This document shows positions 18,929 through 52,016 of a stretch of DNA of 64,000 bases, one piece after another. The stretch lies in assembly GCF_009914755.1 (NCBI RefSeq), contig NC_060939.1. One strand, given 5' to 3'. Both the position numbers and the translations under genes were made by a program. The stretch is from the human T2T-CHM13v2.0 reference genome, Homo sapiens. Under the pieces are notes generated by a model. That model ran no database searches, was not told where the DNA came from, and was given only the letters and a program-made list of their open reading frames with translations. How positions within the stretch are numbered: position 1 is the first letter of the stretch; each line of letters begins with the position of its first letter.

Positions 18929-21146
18929 TATAGTACATACTCTTTTCGTGCCTGGCTTCTTTCACAGAGCACATATACACATTCCTAGAATTTGATTTCC
19001 TATAGGTAGTTGAACAGCCTCTCCTAGAGTAACCTGAAGGATTGAGGTATGGGAAGGTATAGAACGCCTTCCCCAAGATGTTGACTGGGGCTGTCCCTTG
19101 CCACTGGGTCTGCACTGCGGCGCCCCCCCCCCCCCCCGCCCCCCCCCAACACAGATGGGCTAGCCTGGGGTGGAATCTGGAAGTTGGTAAGCTGTGCTTT
19201 TGGCACTCTCTGCCTTCCTCTTTCAGGTCCATTCTCCTTTCCTGTCTTACTACTCCTTATACGCCTAACTCTCAATCCTCAGCCATCCATGGTTTGACTG
19301 TTCAGAGACCCATGGTGCCAGTTCTTTTTGTTCTCATATTGCCCCCTGTCCATTGAAGCTCCTCAGCCCCTCAACTTGAACACGCCCCCGTTCTTATTCT
19401 GTACCTCCTCAGATTACTGTCACATTGACGGACTTGAACCTCAGAGATAGACAACTTTTCCCTTCCCTCCTCTCCTCCTTCCCATATACTTTTCTTATGG
19501 ATATGGAACTGAGGACCAGAAAGGAAGGTAACTTACCCAAGATCTCACAGATGGGTAAATAGGGGTAGAAGGTGTGGATCAAGGGATTGTATGCAGCCTT
19601 TATCTCTAGGTGCTGGTCTCTCTTACCTTGGGTCTGTCTCTTTTGCCTCTCCTTTCCTCTTTCCCTGCTACTTGACTTGTTTCCTACCCTGGTAGCATTC
19701 CTGCTTGCCAGATGCCACAGGGGAAGGAGAACTTTACAACTCCCTGGGCTCTCTGGTAAGAACACCCACCTGCACGGGGACCCTTCCTCTCCTTCCTACA
19801 GTGATTGGTTGTCATCCTCTTCCCTTCCTGCAGTGTACCCTCCTGGCAGAGGCAAGGCTGCCATCGAGGCTAGAGCAAGGCTCAGATTGGGTGGCATGCA
19901 GTTGTGGCCTATTTCTGTTTGCTGTGTGGCAGTTTGGAGATCCCATTTCTTTTTCTGGATATCACCCCCCTACCTCCTCCTGTCATTCCTTAGGCCAGCC
20001 TCTAAATTCAGTGACCATCAGGGTTGAAAAGGGCAGTGTGGGGCCTAGAAAGGAGCTCTCTCCTAGGAGTTAGGAGACCTGCCAGCAGTGAACTGTGTGA
20101 ACTTGTCCCTTTGGGCCTCAGTTTTCTCATCTGTAAAATGAGAATTGGATAAGTTGGTCTTCAAGGTCCCTCCCTGAGATACATTTTATGCTGCTGCTTG
20201 ATTTAAACCACTGAGCCACAAATGAAAGGTTCCAGTTGCAACAGTGTAATTAGGCTTAGCAGATGGGTGAGATGAAAGGAAGGACATGTTCTTGCCCATA
20301 GGATTATCCTTTCCCACCCATTTCCTTGCACCTCACTGGTGTTTCCAAAAAGCAAATGACAACCCTTGTTTTTCTCTGCATTCCCATTCAAACCTTTAAT
20401 CTTCTTTTATCTTGATGAACTTGTATTTACCGTTAGACAGCCATGATGCAGAATTCACATTACAGTGTGTGGTTCTAACTCTGCCATGGTGAATGTGATG
20501 GAGGTTGGAGCCGATCACAGCTGGTCCCTGGAGAGAGGGCTGTGTGTGTCAGATTTATTGTGCTGCAGCTCCAGTTTTGTTTTGGTTTAGTTTTTAAATC
20601 CCCAGTGTCAGTTTTGCTGATTTCAGTTAAAACTAAAGATTGTGAAGGGAGACAGAGACAGGTTCATGCCCTCTGAGTTTTAGAGATTGGTGATATAGTC
20701 GTTGGGTGAGGGCCCTCTGTCTTATATCCTTTGCTTAAAACATTTCACCTTGGAAAGGCAGAAATTAGCCTTGTTGAACTTCAACTCCCTCTGCAAGAGG
20801 AAGAAATACTGAATACTGTTTCATTATTGATATCTTTTTAATGAGTACTGAAAGCCACTACAGGATCTTTGTTTCACCTTCAGATAAAATGTTTCATCTT
20901 TCATTCTCTGAAAAAAAAAATTGAGTATTTTAAGAATAATTAAAGGAAAGGCAGTAGTTTCTGGATCCTGCCGTTGCTGCCTTGGCCTCTCCTGCCTTTT
21001 CTCCACTTCCACTCCTCTCCCTCTATATTAGTGTAGAAATGTGTCAAAAATTTCTTGCTTCTTCCATTAGTTTCTATTTTGACCCACCCCAGTGAATGAA
21101 ATAAGCATAGAATTGTTACTTCTATTTTACAGAAGAGAAATTCTTA

Positions 21147-21525
21147 TTTTTTTGTTGTTTTTATTTTTAAGTTCAGGGGCACATGTGCAGGATGTGCAGA
21201 TTTGTTAACATAGGTGGACCTGTGCCATGGTAGTTTTCTGCACAGATCATCCCATCACCTAGGTTTTAAGGCCAGCATCTATTAGCTATTCTTCCTGATG
21301 CTCTCTCTCCTCCCCCACTGACAGGCCCCAGTGTGTGTTGTTCCCGCCCCTGTGCCCCTGTGTTCTCACCATTCAGTTCCCACTTACTAGTGAGAACATG
21401 CGGTATTTGGTTTTGTATACCTGCGTTAGTTTGCTGAGAATAATGACCTCCAGCTCCACCCATGTTCCCGCAAAGGACGTGATCTCGTTCCTTTTTATGT
21501 CTGCATAGTATTCCATGATATATAG
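21147..21525 (-). mobile_element. Older primate L1PA 3' end fragment
   Basis: Minus strand MEYYADIKRNEITSFAGTWVELEVIILSKLTQ...SLVSGN is the ORF2 C-terminus, followed by 3' UTR and tail. Confidence 0.85.
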
Positions 21526-22417
21526 AGGAGAAATCTGAAATGTGGCAAGGTTAAGTGACTTGTCCATGGTCACACAGCTGGTTGATGAACAATTTGTGAT
21601 AAGAATCCAGGACTCTTGAATACTAGTGATTTGTCAACACGATTCCATCTCCAGTCCTCATCCATACACACCTGCCATTAGGAAAGTCTTTGCCACCCCA
21701 GCCTATAGTCTTTGTCATTTCTCTCACTGGCCAGCTTCTGAAAGTACAGGTCAGAAGCCAGTTCATTAGCTGGTAGGGTGGGTGGTTAAACGGCAAGGCA
21801 TAGGAGGTAGAGGAGGGAGAAAGGAAGCACAAAGCTCAGGCTTAGTTTTTCCTCCAGAAGGTGTAAGAATTACTTATTTCAAAGAGTCAGAAAAGTGAAC
21901 AGAGTCAGCATTCCCTTTTCCTTTGCAAATTGATTGAATTTCTATGGCGAGTATTAGCTGCAAGGCAGTGTTAATCTGCTCCAGCAGATCCATCATCAGA
22001 TTGATGTGCAGGGGAGACAGGATTGTCTCTGGTGCAAAGGCCTTTTTGTGTAGGGCACACCATCTTTATGTATGATTGAGGCCTGGTGTGTTAAATGCCT
22101 CACACTGGGATCTTACCCATGTTTGTCAGTTGCCTCCCTTGAAAGTATTGAGCTTTTTGAAGATAATATAGCATCATGGTTAAGGTAAGACATTCGTTCT
22201 CTCTGCCTGAATTTGAAACGTGGCTGTGCCACTTACCAGCTCTTTGACCTTTGACATCTTAGTTCACCTGTCTGTGCTTGAGTTTGCTCATCTGTTCTAA
22301 TTAGGGGTTGTGGATTAAATGACTTAATAAATGTAAAGCACTGAGGAGAGTTACACAGTGTTGTGAGGAAAGCAGTTTTTCTTCCATGCAGCCCTCCTTC
22401 CATTCCCCCATCATGCA

Positions 22418-22419
<2 letters not shown>

Positions 22420-22468
<49 letters not shown>
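22420..22468. repeat. (TG)n microsatellite
   Basis: About 24 perfect units. Confidence 0.95.
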
Positions 22469-22470
<2 letters not shown>

Positions 22471-22742
22471 GACAGCTTTTCGAATCTGCATTTCTAGCTG
22501 GCCTGCTGAGCCTGTCAGGCAGCTGTAACCTCACTCAGGTTTTAGCTGTGGGGTCCATCTACATTTGACATGTGTTTCTAAATGTGGTCCTCAGTAAGCT
22601 CCTTTGTGGGGAGACCTTGGAGAAAGGAAACCAGAGAGTGTGCACTGTGCACCCCCAGCCACACATGTTCTGGGTTCCCACACCTTAGGGACTGGGGACA
22701 CTGCAAGACATAGCCGAACCTTGGATGAAAATATTGAGTAGC

Positions 22743-22950
22743 TGTCTCAGTTTGCTTGGACTGCTATGATAACATATCATAGACTAAGTAGCTTAGACAA
22801 CAATAGTTTATTTTCCCACTGTTCTGGAGGCTGAAAGTCTAAGAGCAGGGTGCCAGCATGGTTGGGTTTTGGCAAGAGCCCTCTTCCTGGCTTGCAGATA
22901 GCTGCCTTCCTACTGTGTGCTTGCATGGCCTTTCTTTGATGTGTGCAGCA
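22743..22950 (-). mobile_element. MaLR (MLT1/MST) LTR fragment
   Basis: tgtctcagtttgcttggactgctatgataaca...ttctggaggctgaaagtctaaga...gtgccagcatgg. Confidence 0.6.
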
Positions 22951-24387
22951 GGTGGGGTGGGGGGAAAATCAGTGAGGAAAATCAGTAACCTCGGCCTTGC
23001 ATCTTCTTTGGTCCCATGCATGATGTTATTTGTAAGGCAGTGTCAGATCTCCTCATACATGGAGAGGCATTAAGTCTTCATTTCCCTGTCTTCTAGAGGT
23101 TTGGGATAGAGGGTGTGAAGGAAGAGCAGATTATGCTTACTCTATCTTTTAAGCTCAGAACTGGGGTGTGTGTGTTGGCAGGAACACCAACATGATGATG
23201 TATAATGAAGGCCTATCTTGTCACCTGTGTCACTTCAGCCACCCCACACAATTGTCACTGACATGCTTCACCTCCCGGGACTTCAATTTGAAACCCAATG
23301 AAATCCAGTGAAACACAGTGGAAACTCTTACCACCTTCCTGTTAACCAACTCACAGGAGTGATGAACACTTTTCAGTTCCCTGGATGAAACACTCTTGAG
23401 CAATGCCCACAGCATGCTGAATGCACTGCAGGCAGGCTGCTCTCTGCCATACCCACTCGCTTCAGCACCCACTGGCTGAATTATGTGCTTACCAAGAGCC
23501 AGCTTGTTCCCAAACCCATTTGTTCAGCTGTAGCTGGTATTGTAGTTAAGTAATGTATTTAGGTATCAGATAAACTGATGAAATGTAGCTGCAAATGAAG
23601 TGATTTTTTTCCCCTATGAACACTAGTTAAAAGCTGTGGAAAGACTCATAAGTCCAAGTCACTAAAACACATTACTGTCAAACTAGATGAACATTAAGAT
23701 TGGGGGAAATCATAAAACTCTAGAATTTTATATTGTGATTACTCTGCAAGTAATCACAATATAACTTTAACCAGCTTTAACAAATCAGGAATAGGAAATT
23801 GTCGACAATGTATTATGTTCTGGTCCATGTGCGAAGGATGATGTGGACCTCTTAACCAGTGGGTCCTCTTTGGACCCTTATTCAAAGAGTCTTGCCCTAT
23901 GTTAAAGAATGGGCGAATGAATGCAGATTTATATACATTGAGTAAAAATAAGAATTTTAGATATGTAATTTTTATGATTTTTTGCTGTGACTTTTTTGAT
24001 TAACCTGGTTCCTGGACCTGATTACATTGAAAATGAGGATTTCTACTGTTGTGATTCAGTTTAAAGTTGGTTTGATTTCATTTTAGTGAATTTAGGGTAT
24101 TTTATTTTGCGTATGGTAAAAACAATAAAACCAACAGTAGTGGGGCTTTTTAAACTGGGGTTTTAAAGCAAATTAAGGTGGCTCATTCTGGATTTTAGTA
24201 GGTTCTTTTGTTCCTCTCATTGACTTGCAGCATACTGAGTGAGAAAGACCTAATTTTTTCACTTTATAAATGAGGAAATTGAAGCCCTGAGAGGTAAAGC
24301 ATGTTGGTGATAGTCATCCCGGGTGGCTGGAGTGAAGTGGGCAGAGCCACAGTGGGAGGGGGCCTCCTCTCTAGCCTCCCACTTTGA

Positions 24388-24717
<330 letters not shown>

Positions 24718-24820
24718 TGATTAACAGGTAATTGGATTATTTCTCAGGGTACTTAGAAGCCTGGGGACCAGGGTAGAAGGAAGACTGATTTTACTCAATA
24801 CCTTTTTGTGCTGTTTGAAT

Positions 24821-25098
24821 TTTTTTTTTTTTTTTTTAAGACGGAGTTTCATTCTTGTTGCCCAGGCTGGTGTGCAACCTCCATCTCCTGGGTTCAAACG
24901 ATTCTCCTGCCTCAGCCTCCTGAGTAGCTGGGATTACAGGCATGCGCCACCATGCATGGCTAATTTTTTTGTATTTTTAGTAGAGACAGGGTTTCTCCAT
25001 GTTGGTCAAGCTGATCTCGAACTCCTGACCTCAGGTGATACGCCCGCCTCAGCCCCACAAAGTGCTGGGATTACAGGTGTGAGCCACCGTGCCCAGCC
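24821..25098 (-). repeat. Antisense Alu in intron 2 with internal deletion
   Basis: TSD gtgctgtttgaattt at ~24808 and ~25099. Confidence 0.9.
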
Positions 25099-26216
25099 GT
25101 GCTGTTTGAATTTTGAATGCTTGTTATCTATATTAGATTATGGATAAACACACTAATGACTGTGTTAGTGTATTAATCCCCATCCCATCTGGAAAATAAT
25201 AAGTGACTCTTTTTTAGCCTTCTGTGTGCTGTGGAAGGAATGCCAGGATACCTGTTTATTACTTATCAAGTGCTGGAGAAGCTGCTTTCATTCACCCAGC
25301 CCCAGCGATGCACAAAACAAGGATTTCAAGTTGTTTCCCTCTTGTGCTCCAGCCCTGCCAGTGAATCCCCTTTATCTTCCTGCATTATAGCATCTGAACT
25401 CCTATCATAGCATGTACTTGTAGAGCTGGACTTCCCTTTCCTGTCTACCCTTGGTCCTCTTTTGGAATACAGCCCCTTGCTCCAGAGAGGTTGGGCTCTT
25501 CAATGTTTTTTTGCACATGGTGTTCACTCCTGTGCCCATAATTTTTTTGTGTGCTGTTGCTTCTGTCTTTTCAAACAGTGCCCATTTTCTAGGTCCACCT
25601 CTTGTCTAGCTTTTACCAGGTGCCCCAGCCCACACTGGTAACCACTGCATCCATGTTCTCTGACACTCGCTGTCTGTGGGATTTTTTTAGAAGTTCAACC
25701 TTACTACGTAACTATTTAATGTGACTGTCACTTGTCTCCCCAGCTGGAACAAGGGAAAATGTTAGGATGACATAAGGTAGCACCTTAGACTTTGGCTTAG
25801 TCTCAACCACATCAGGCTCCTGAGCTCAAGGAAGAATCTTTTGGGCAGCCTAGGTTAGCATACCTGAGTTCCTCATACCCTTCTACTTTCACAACTCTTG
25901 AGTGTGAACCAAGTCCTCAAGGTCAATTTCTTTTCATATCTGAGCTCCAAAGCCTCTCTTGGAGTAAGCCCTCCCTTAACTTTGTTCCTGTCTAGGCTCC
26001 CAGGAGCCGAGGCACAGCTGGAACAGCCTCCAGTGCCAATGCCTGCCTTAGTACAATGACACTCATTTCTTGGTTGAGCAGAACCTTGTTTGTAACAACT
26101 TAACCTGTTTCTCCTCCCTCTACCTTAAAGAGCTTAAACATTTAACAAGACTATATCTTTCATCCCTTCCTCCCTCTTTCTTTCATAAAACCTCTCTTTC
26201 TTCCACCTTTCTCCAG

Positions 26217-26363
26217 CTAATTCATCTGGAGATCAAACCCGCAATCCGGAACCAGATCATAAGGGAGCTGCAGGTTCTGCATGAGTGCAACTCTCCGTAC
26301 ATCGTGGGCTTCTATGGTGCGTTCTACAGCGATGGCGAGATCAGTATCTGCATGGAGCACATG
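26217..26363 (+). CDS. MAP2K1: MEK1 coding exon 3 (147 nt)
   Basis: [49 protein letters not shown]; long polypyrimidine tract then ccag|, donor ATG|gtatgt. Confidence 0.99.
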
Positions 26364-27535
26364 GTATGTGACACCCTCTCAGCCTCTGGAGCAATGGCCT
26401 TAAGAGTTGGGTGGCTCTGGCCTAATCTTTGGTCTGGGAGGTGACCAGCTACCTCCCTGCTGCTCCTGGGATCCACATCACTATCTGGGGCATCTGGGAA
26501 GTCTAACTGTAGAGCTTGGGATATTCACAAGATGGCAGGCCTCCTTTCTAGGTCCTTGCCTCTCTTGAAGGAAGTGGGCAGTATTCCTGGTGGGTGTACC
26601 TAGAGCACCTCTCATAGTTTTTTTGATTCTGATTACCCTAAGATGTGATGTAAGTAAAATCTGGTAAATACAGTTTAAATCCATTTCTTGTGTACAATGC
26701 TGTATGCTAGGTGCAAGGCTCTGGAGTTAAAAAGATGACATAATCTACTGTAAGGGCAGCCTGAAGGGTTTCTCTGGGTTTCTGTATGATGCACGTTAGT
26801 GGAAGGAGAGGGCAATGGAGAGAGAGGGCATTCATGGGCTAATTAATCATATGCATGTTAGCTGCCAATCATTTTACCACTATGTTCTTGGAGTCCCTCC
26901 TTTTCTTCAGATATAAGTCTTCCAACACACTGTGCAACTTAGGGAATTCTGCAAGTATTAGTCTTTGCTTTATTCTCCCTGGGCTGATGGCTTAGAGATG
27001 AGGGCTGACGTGAGTCTGCACACTTGGTGGCTGTTGTGCTTTCAGTCCAGTATTGTGTCCCTCAGCTCCTACCCCATTTTATTCCTGATACTTGAGACCT
27101 GCCCTGACCTTTAGAATAGGGATCCTGGTGTGCAGCCTTAATGAACTTTAGAAGAACCCTCCTGGGAGGATTCTCTACTTGTGCCTCCATTATTTTGAAC
27201 CTCTCTTCATTGTAATGATCACGAAGTGCTGCATCCACTGTTACAGGCATCTGCTGACATTTGTGGGTGCCATATGGAACCTAAATCCTAAAAACGTCTT
27301 CTGCACATCTAAAGGTTAGAGAAAGTGCTTGTTCCTTCTTTCCTCAATGAGAGCAGAGCATTCTCTGTGGGAAGCATATGAACATTTCTGGCTTGGTCCT
27401 AGTGCTTGGCCTGGGGTGCTGATTATTTTCTGCTTGGGTTTTGGCTTCCCCTCAGGGAGCTGTTTCTTATCCCTTGGGTCTCTTGTGTTCTTTTTTTTTT
27501 TTTTTTTAATTTATTTTTATTTTTTAGGGTGATGA

Positions 27536-31060
<3,525 letters not shown>

Positions 31061-32031
31061 TCCTCCTCTGAGCATCAGTAGCATTGTCTGTTCTCTTCAT
31101 TCAACTGTTTGTTCCCTGCCTTGTTTCAGAGGAGGATTTAAAATGCCTTACCTCTTATGAATATATTCTGTCTCCCTAAGGAGAGAGTGTGTTCTATCTT
31201 TATCTTAAAGGTTTAAAAAAAGACAAAAAAAAAAAAAACCTAGTTCTTACATATACAGAGGCATTTGATAAATGATAGAAGATGATGATAACTGCTCAAT
31301 ATAGACAGGATACTTTAGAAAATTTGTTTTGAGTTTTCAGGAATTAGGTCTACATCTGAGAGTAATTTTAAGTTGCAAGTGGTAACTGGCTACACCTGAA
31401 GCCATAGGGGAACTTAACCTATTTCTGCCTTGATACATCAGGATCCCCTTAGTGAGGCATTTCTTCAAGATCGCAGGTTAAAATGTAGAACCCCTTAACG
31501 GGAGCCCCTGGTATGTGAGCCCTGCAGAGCCTGGCTTCACACCATACTTGCATCCTCTCTTGTGCTCTCTTTCCACTGCCTCTGTCCGGCACCCCATTCA
31601 TGTCATCTCATCTCCTTACCAGTCTCTCTGCCTCCAGAGTCTTGTTTGTCTCCCTCAGCTGCTGTGATTCTCATCTTTAAACACTCAGGTTGGATTCTTT
31701 TACTTCTGACTCCATAAAGTCAAGTCCCGGTTCCTTGGTGGGGTTCTGGTCACAGCCGGCCATTTCTAGCTTGCACCTCTTCATGCACCAACAGTGAAAT
31801 GACCACATCATCCCAGGAGTACTCAGCAACGTGATGCGTCCCTGCTTTGATCTTATTGCAGTGCTCTGTTCTTCTCTCCCTTTTCTCCTCCCCTTTTCCA
31901 GGTATAGAAATCATGTTCATCCTTTGAGTAATATTCAGCTCAAATGCCATCTTTTAAGTGAAGTCAGAATTACTTCTCCCTTCTTCTGCATGTCTGTATC
32001 ACTTTCTTAGGCAGTTATGGTTTCATTGTAA

Positions 32032-32545
32032 TGTTGGGAAAAACTCCCAGACCGTGTTTTTCCTTTACTGTCACACCACAACAATCAACACAGAAGACTT
32101 ATGTGACCAAAAGTGTGGAGGGATTTTCTCTACACTCTAAGCAGTGGACACCAGCTGGGTGTCCTCCTGTTTAATTCTGACACTACCAGATGATCATGTC
32201 AGATCCCATGGGTTCAGGGCTCAGTCCCCAAGACTGCACCACCACCAGTTGCCAGTCTGGGCCTCCAAAATGTCTGACTGACTGGCTTTAAGTTGGGACT
32301 CCCATGATCCTATCTTTGAGTTCGATTAATTTGCTGGATTGGCACACAGAACTCAGGGAAACACTTAATTTTACTGGTTTATTATAAAGGACATTGCAAA
32401 GGATACAGATGAAGAGACACATAGGACAAGGTATGGGAGTGGGGTACGAAGCTTCCATGCCTTCCCTGGGCGCACCACCCTCCAGGAACCTCCATGTGTT
32501 CAGCTGTCCTGAAGTTCTCTGAACGCAGCCTTCTGGGGTTTTTTT
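32032..32545 (-). mobile_element. MER21-family LTR fragment, cut off at an Alu
   Basis: acacagaactcagggaaacactta...ccagg aacctccatgtgttcagct motifs, similar to the element at 3622-4852. Confidence 0.6.
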
Positions 32546-32752
32546 GTGTGTGTATTTTTTTTTTTTTTTTTTTTTTTTGAGACAGAGTCTCGCTGTGTCG
32601 CCCAGGCTGAGTGCAGTGGTGTGATCTCGGCTCACTGCAAGCTCCGCCTCCCAGGTTCATGCCATTCTCCTGCCTCAGCCACAGCTGAAAGTTATCACTT
32701 GAAAGAATAGTTAGAACATTGTCACTAACTGGTCTGGTATTCTCGATCTTAG

Positions 32753-32842
<90 letters not shown>

Positions 32843-33038
32843 TGAAGTTTTTCTTCTAAGTTCCTCATTGATAAGTTAATGAGTCGGTAAGAAATGGACA
32901 AGAGAGGAAGATGGGAAGTCAATGAGGGGAAAGTTTATAAGAAAAGTGGTATTTTCTCACTAGACTCTTCCCTGTCTGGAGTCTATATACACTATTCTCT
33001 CTCACATTAGAATGAGAAAAGTGACTTTCTTTATATTA

Positions 33039-33260
<222 letters not shown>

Positions 33261-33493
33261 TCACTTGAGAGGCTGCAGTAAGCCATAATCCATGATTGTG
33301 CCATTGCACTTTAGTCTGGGCGACAGAGTGAGACCCTGTCTCAAAACAAAACAACTCTTTATACCATGTAAAAAGATGGTTGCTTGATAAGGCAGGTTAA
33401 GAAAATGAAACAAAAGAGTAAAAAATAAGGGGCTGGGCGCGGTGGCTCATGCTTGTCATCCCAGCACTTTGGGAGGCGGAGGCGGGCAGATCA

Positions 33494-34053
<560 letters not shown>

Positions 34054-34130
34054 CTAGAGTATTTTAAAATAGATTGAGTATTTTTCTTATCACCAGTATT
34101 TTCTTTTCTTTTACATTCCCTTTCCTCTAG

Positions 34131-34182
34131 GTAATAAAAGGCCTGACATATCTGAGGGAGAAGCACAAGATCATGCACAGAG
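34131..34182 (+). CDS. MAP2K1: MEK1 coding exon 5 (52 nt), ends within the HRD catalytic motif
   Basis: VIKGLTYLREKHKIMHR+G; strong pyrimidine tract then ctag|, donor GAG|gtaaga. Confidence 0.98.
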
Positions 34183-34646
34183 GTAAGAAGTTATTTGCTA
34201 GTTATTTTGCTTTGAATTTTAGATATAATCCAAAGGCTGTTGCTTCCTCTTTTTTCTATGTTTTGTTTTCGTGTAAAAGCCTTTTAATAACATGTTAAAT
34301 CTTTTATTAAAAGTCTTTGTTTAGTTTGGTGGCTGAGGCAGCAACTCCTACCCTCTTTTTGGTCTTGCTACACCTATTGCCTATAGCTGTGATGGACAAT
34401 AGTCATAGTCACCCTGGAAGCCCAGCTAAGAGCCTCAACCAGCACTTAGTTACCCAGTCTCCGGTGTCACTATTCACTGGAACAGTGAACAGTGCATGTG
34501 CATATGCCTAAAGCCAGGACTGGCCAGCTGCATATGAGTTTTACTATAAAAGAAACTGATTTATTGCTGGGTACAGTGGCTCATGCCTATAATCCCAGCA
34601 CTTTGGGAGGCCGAGGGGCAGCGGGGGGAGGTGGGGGGGTGGATCA

Positions 34647-36435
<1,789 letters not shown>

Positions 36436-36946
36436 TTTTAAAGAAGATGAAGCCAGAGGACAGGAAATTGGTAAACATAGTGCTGTCGGCCATGTCCCTT
36501 CAGCCACAGCACTGCCAACACTGACTGGTGTTGAGAGGAGAGCTGAAGCGGAGATGAGTGGACTAGGGTGGGCTGTTGGAACTGACTGGACAGCTTACAA
36601 GCCCCGTAGATTAGGTGATACATCACTGGTGAGCAAGCTGAGCACTGAGTGGAGCCACCTTTGACATGGCTGACTCCTGGATGCATTTTTTTTTTTTTTG
36701 ACGTCCCCCTTCTCTCCCCTAGTGTTCTTTTTGTTAGTCTAACTTCTTCCAGATACTGATCTTTCAGGTCTTCAGTTAGAGGTCACTTAATTATGACAGT
36801 GTTTGCAAGTGTTGGAGGGTGGTTCTGATTCAGTAGGTCTGGGGTAGGGCACAGGGACCTGAAAATTTAGAAATAGGCAATTAGCTGGGCGTAGTGGCTC
36901 ATGCATAGTAATCCCAGCACTTTGGGAGGCCGAGGCGGGCGGATCA

Positions 36947-37159
<213 letters not shown>

Positions 37160-37177
37160 TCAAAAAAAAAAAAAAAA

Positions 37178-37825
<648 letters not shown>

Positions 37826-38270
37826 TGCTAGACACTGGTTCTTAAGTAAGTGCTGGTTCTAATGCTGTGGTCCATAGCCACATTTTGGGAAACACTGCAT
37901 TGGGGGTAGAGTGAGTAGCTAGGTGGGCTGTGTAGAAAGAGGAGTAATGGCAGCTTGTCCTAGTGGGATTTGTCGGGAGAAAAGAAATAGAAAATGAAGC
38001 ACAAAGAAGAATATTGTGCAAGTGTTCCCTCTCATTTCCAGGGAAAATTTCTCAAAATATTGAAAGATTTCTGTCCATGGCAGACTTGTAGTTGGAATTT
38101 GCATGACCAGCTTATAGCTTGTACATATGGTTCAGTTTTGTGCATCTATTAATTTCAACCTGGGCCACCAAACTGCATTGTTAAGAACTAGAGACTATTG
38201 GCTGGGCACAGTGGCTCACGCCTGTAATCCCAACACTTGGGGAGGCCGAGGTGGGTGAATCACAAGGTCA

Positions 38271-39078
<808 letters not shown>

Positions 39079-39119
39079 GGCTGGGTGCGGTGGCTCACGC
39101 CTGTAATCCCAGCACTTCA

Positions 39120-41798
<2,679 letters not shown>

Positions 41799-43279
41799 GC
41801 TAAATATAGAAAGCCACCTGCTTTCTAATTGTACTGGCTGCCATCTTGTCTTCTTTCTACTGACAAGAAAGTATCAATAAGAGGTAGTGATTGGTTTGAG
41901 GGGGAAACAGTTTTTCTAGCAGTTTAGTCCTTAATCTGTGGCTTCTTAAGACCTCTGAGTTCCATGTTAGAATATTTTAATGTATTAGTTTCTAGGAAAT
42001 AGGAGTAGCTGAAAGGAGAGGAGGAGTGAACATTCTTAAGCATGGAGTTATGTTCTAGGCTGCGATTGACATATGCAGTCTACCACTATGCAAGGACGAA
42101 TGAGGTCAGTGTTGTAGGAACATCTGGTGGAGTAAAGGCATCCCATCATCTGTGAAGTGGAGTCCGCCTGCCTACTCAGAGGTTGCTGTGAGGATTAAGA
42201 AATTACATATGGAAAGCAACTGGCAAAGTGTTTTGCTTATAGAAAGCTCTAATATGCTAATTGCCTTCCCCGTTTCTTTATACAATTTATAAGGAAACTA
42301 AAAACCAGCGATTAAAACCTTAGCTTTGGTTTCTATATGTGTAAAATATAGTTCTTATGTTTGTCTCTCATTAACCTGTAAGTTTCTTCAAATCTGGGAA
42401 CATGTCTAATTGCTGTGTATATATCTTCAGTCCTGAAGATGATAGTAGAAAACAGTTCTTCTTTGAAGGTTTGTTACATGGATGGATGGATGATTAACTT
42501 GTGCCAGAACACACAGGAGTCAACAGTGAAACTGGGCCAAGGACCCATGTCTCTTACTCTTAACACAGTGTTTCTTTCTAGTCCTGTGTTTTTCTGTACT
42601 ATGTACCTACTATGGATCATGCCCTGTGTTTTGCAATGAAGACCTCTAACTTTATTTCCATTCCAAGGAGAGGGAGGTTTCAGCACACTCCTGGAACAAC
42701 CAGCTTTCTTTTCCCTTCCGCCTAGTGCTGCCCCCACCTGCTTAGGGCTTTCTTTTTTGGCTTCACCAATTGTTGCTCTTTGGCATGAAGAGATGCTTTG
42801 TGAGCCAGATGGGTCTCTGAACAGATGTCTTTGATGGAGAGTTTACCACTTGCACAGCCAAGAAAGGGAAGTCACTAGAAGGACTTCTGTGTGGGCTGGC
42901 CTGGCTGCTCAGCATTTCAGACTCCTGTTGTTTACAAGTCTTCTCCAGAAGCCCTGGAAGAATGAACTGTAAGGCCTGGACTATGGAATGGTACCTGTGC
43001 ACCAGCAATTCCTGAGCAAGCAGCACAGTGAGTAGATGATTCCTGGAAACCTGAGTTCAGGTGAAAATGAGAGAGAGCAGTCTCCTTGTCCCTGCCTATG
43101 GGCTTCCTCATGGCCAGTTCTACCTCTGTTCTAAATATATTCTTCACTGATGAAATTTCAACTTCATTTATTCTTCTGTCCTTGAGGAAAAGTGGGGAAG
43201 AGTAAAGAGGTCTTTTCTCTGCCTCAAATTTTTATTTGTTCTTATTTGTTGATACTTATTTGCTGGAGATAGCTTAGTG

Positions 43280-52016
<8,737 letters not shown>

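Noticed and set aside
19409-20073. Cluster of 118-151 aa ORFs
   Set aside because: No recognisable protein similarity; consistent with chance ORFs in pyrimidine-rich intron
23500-24050. Possible Tigger-type DNA transposon remnant
   Set aside because: Only a vague resemblance; no terminal inverted repeats or TA duplication identified
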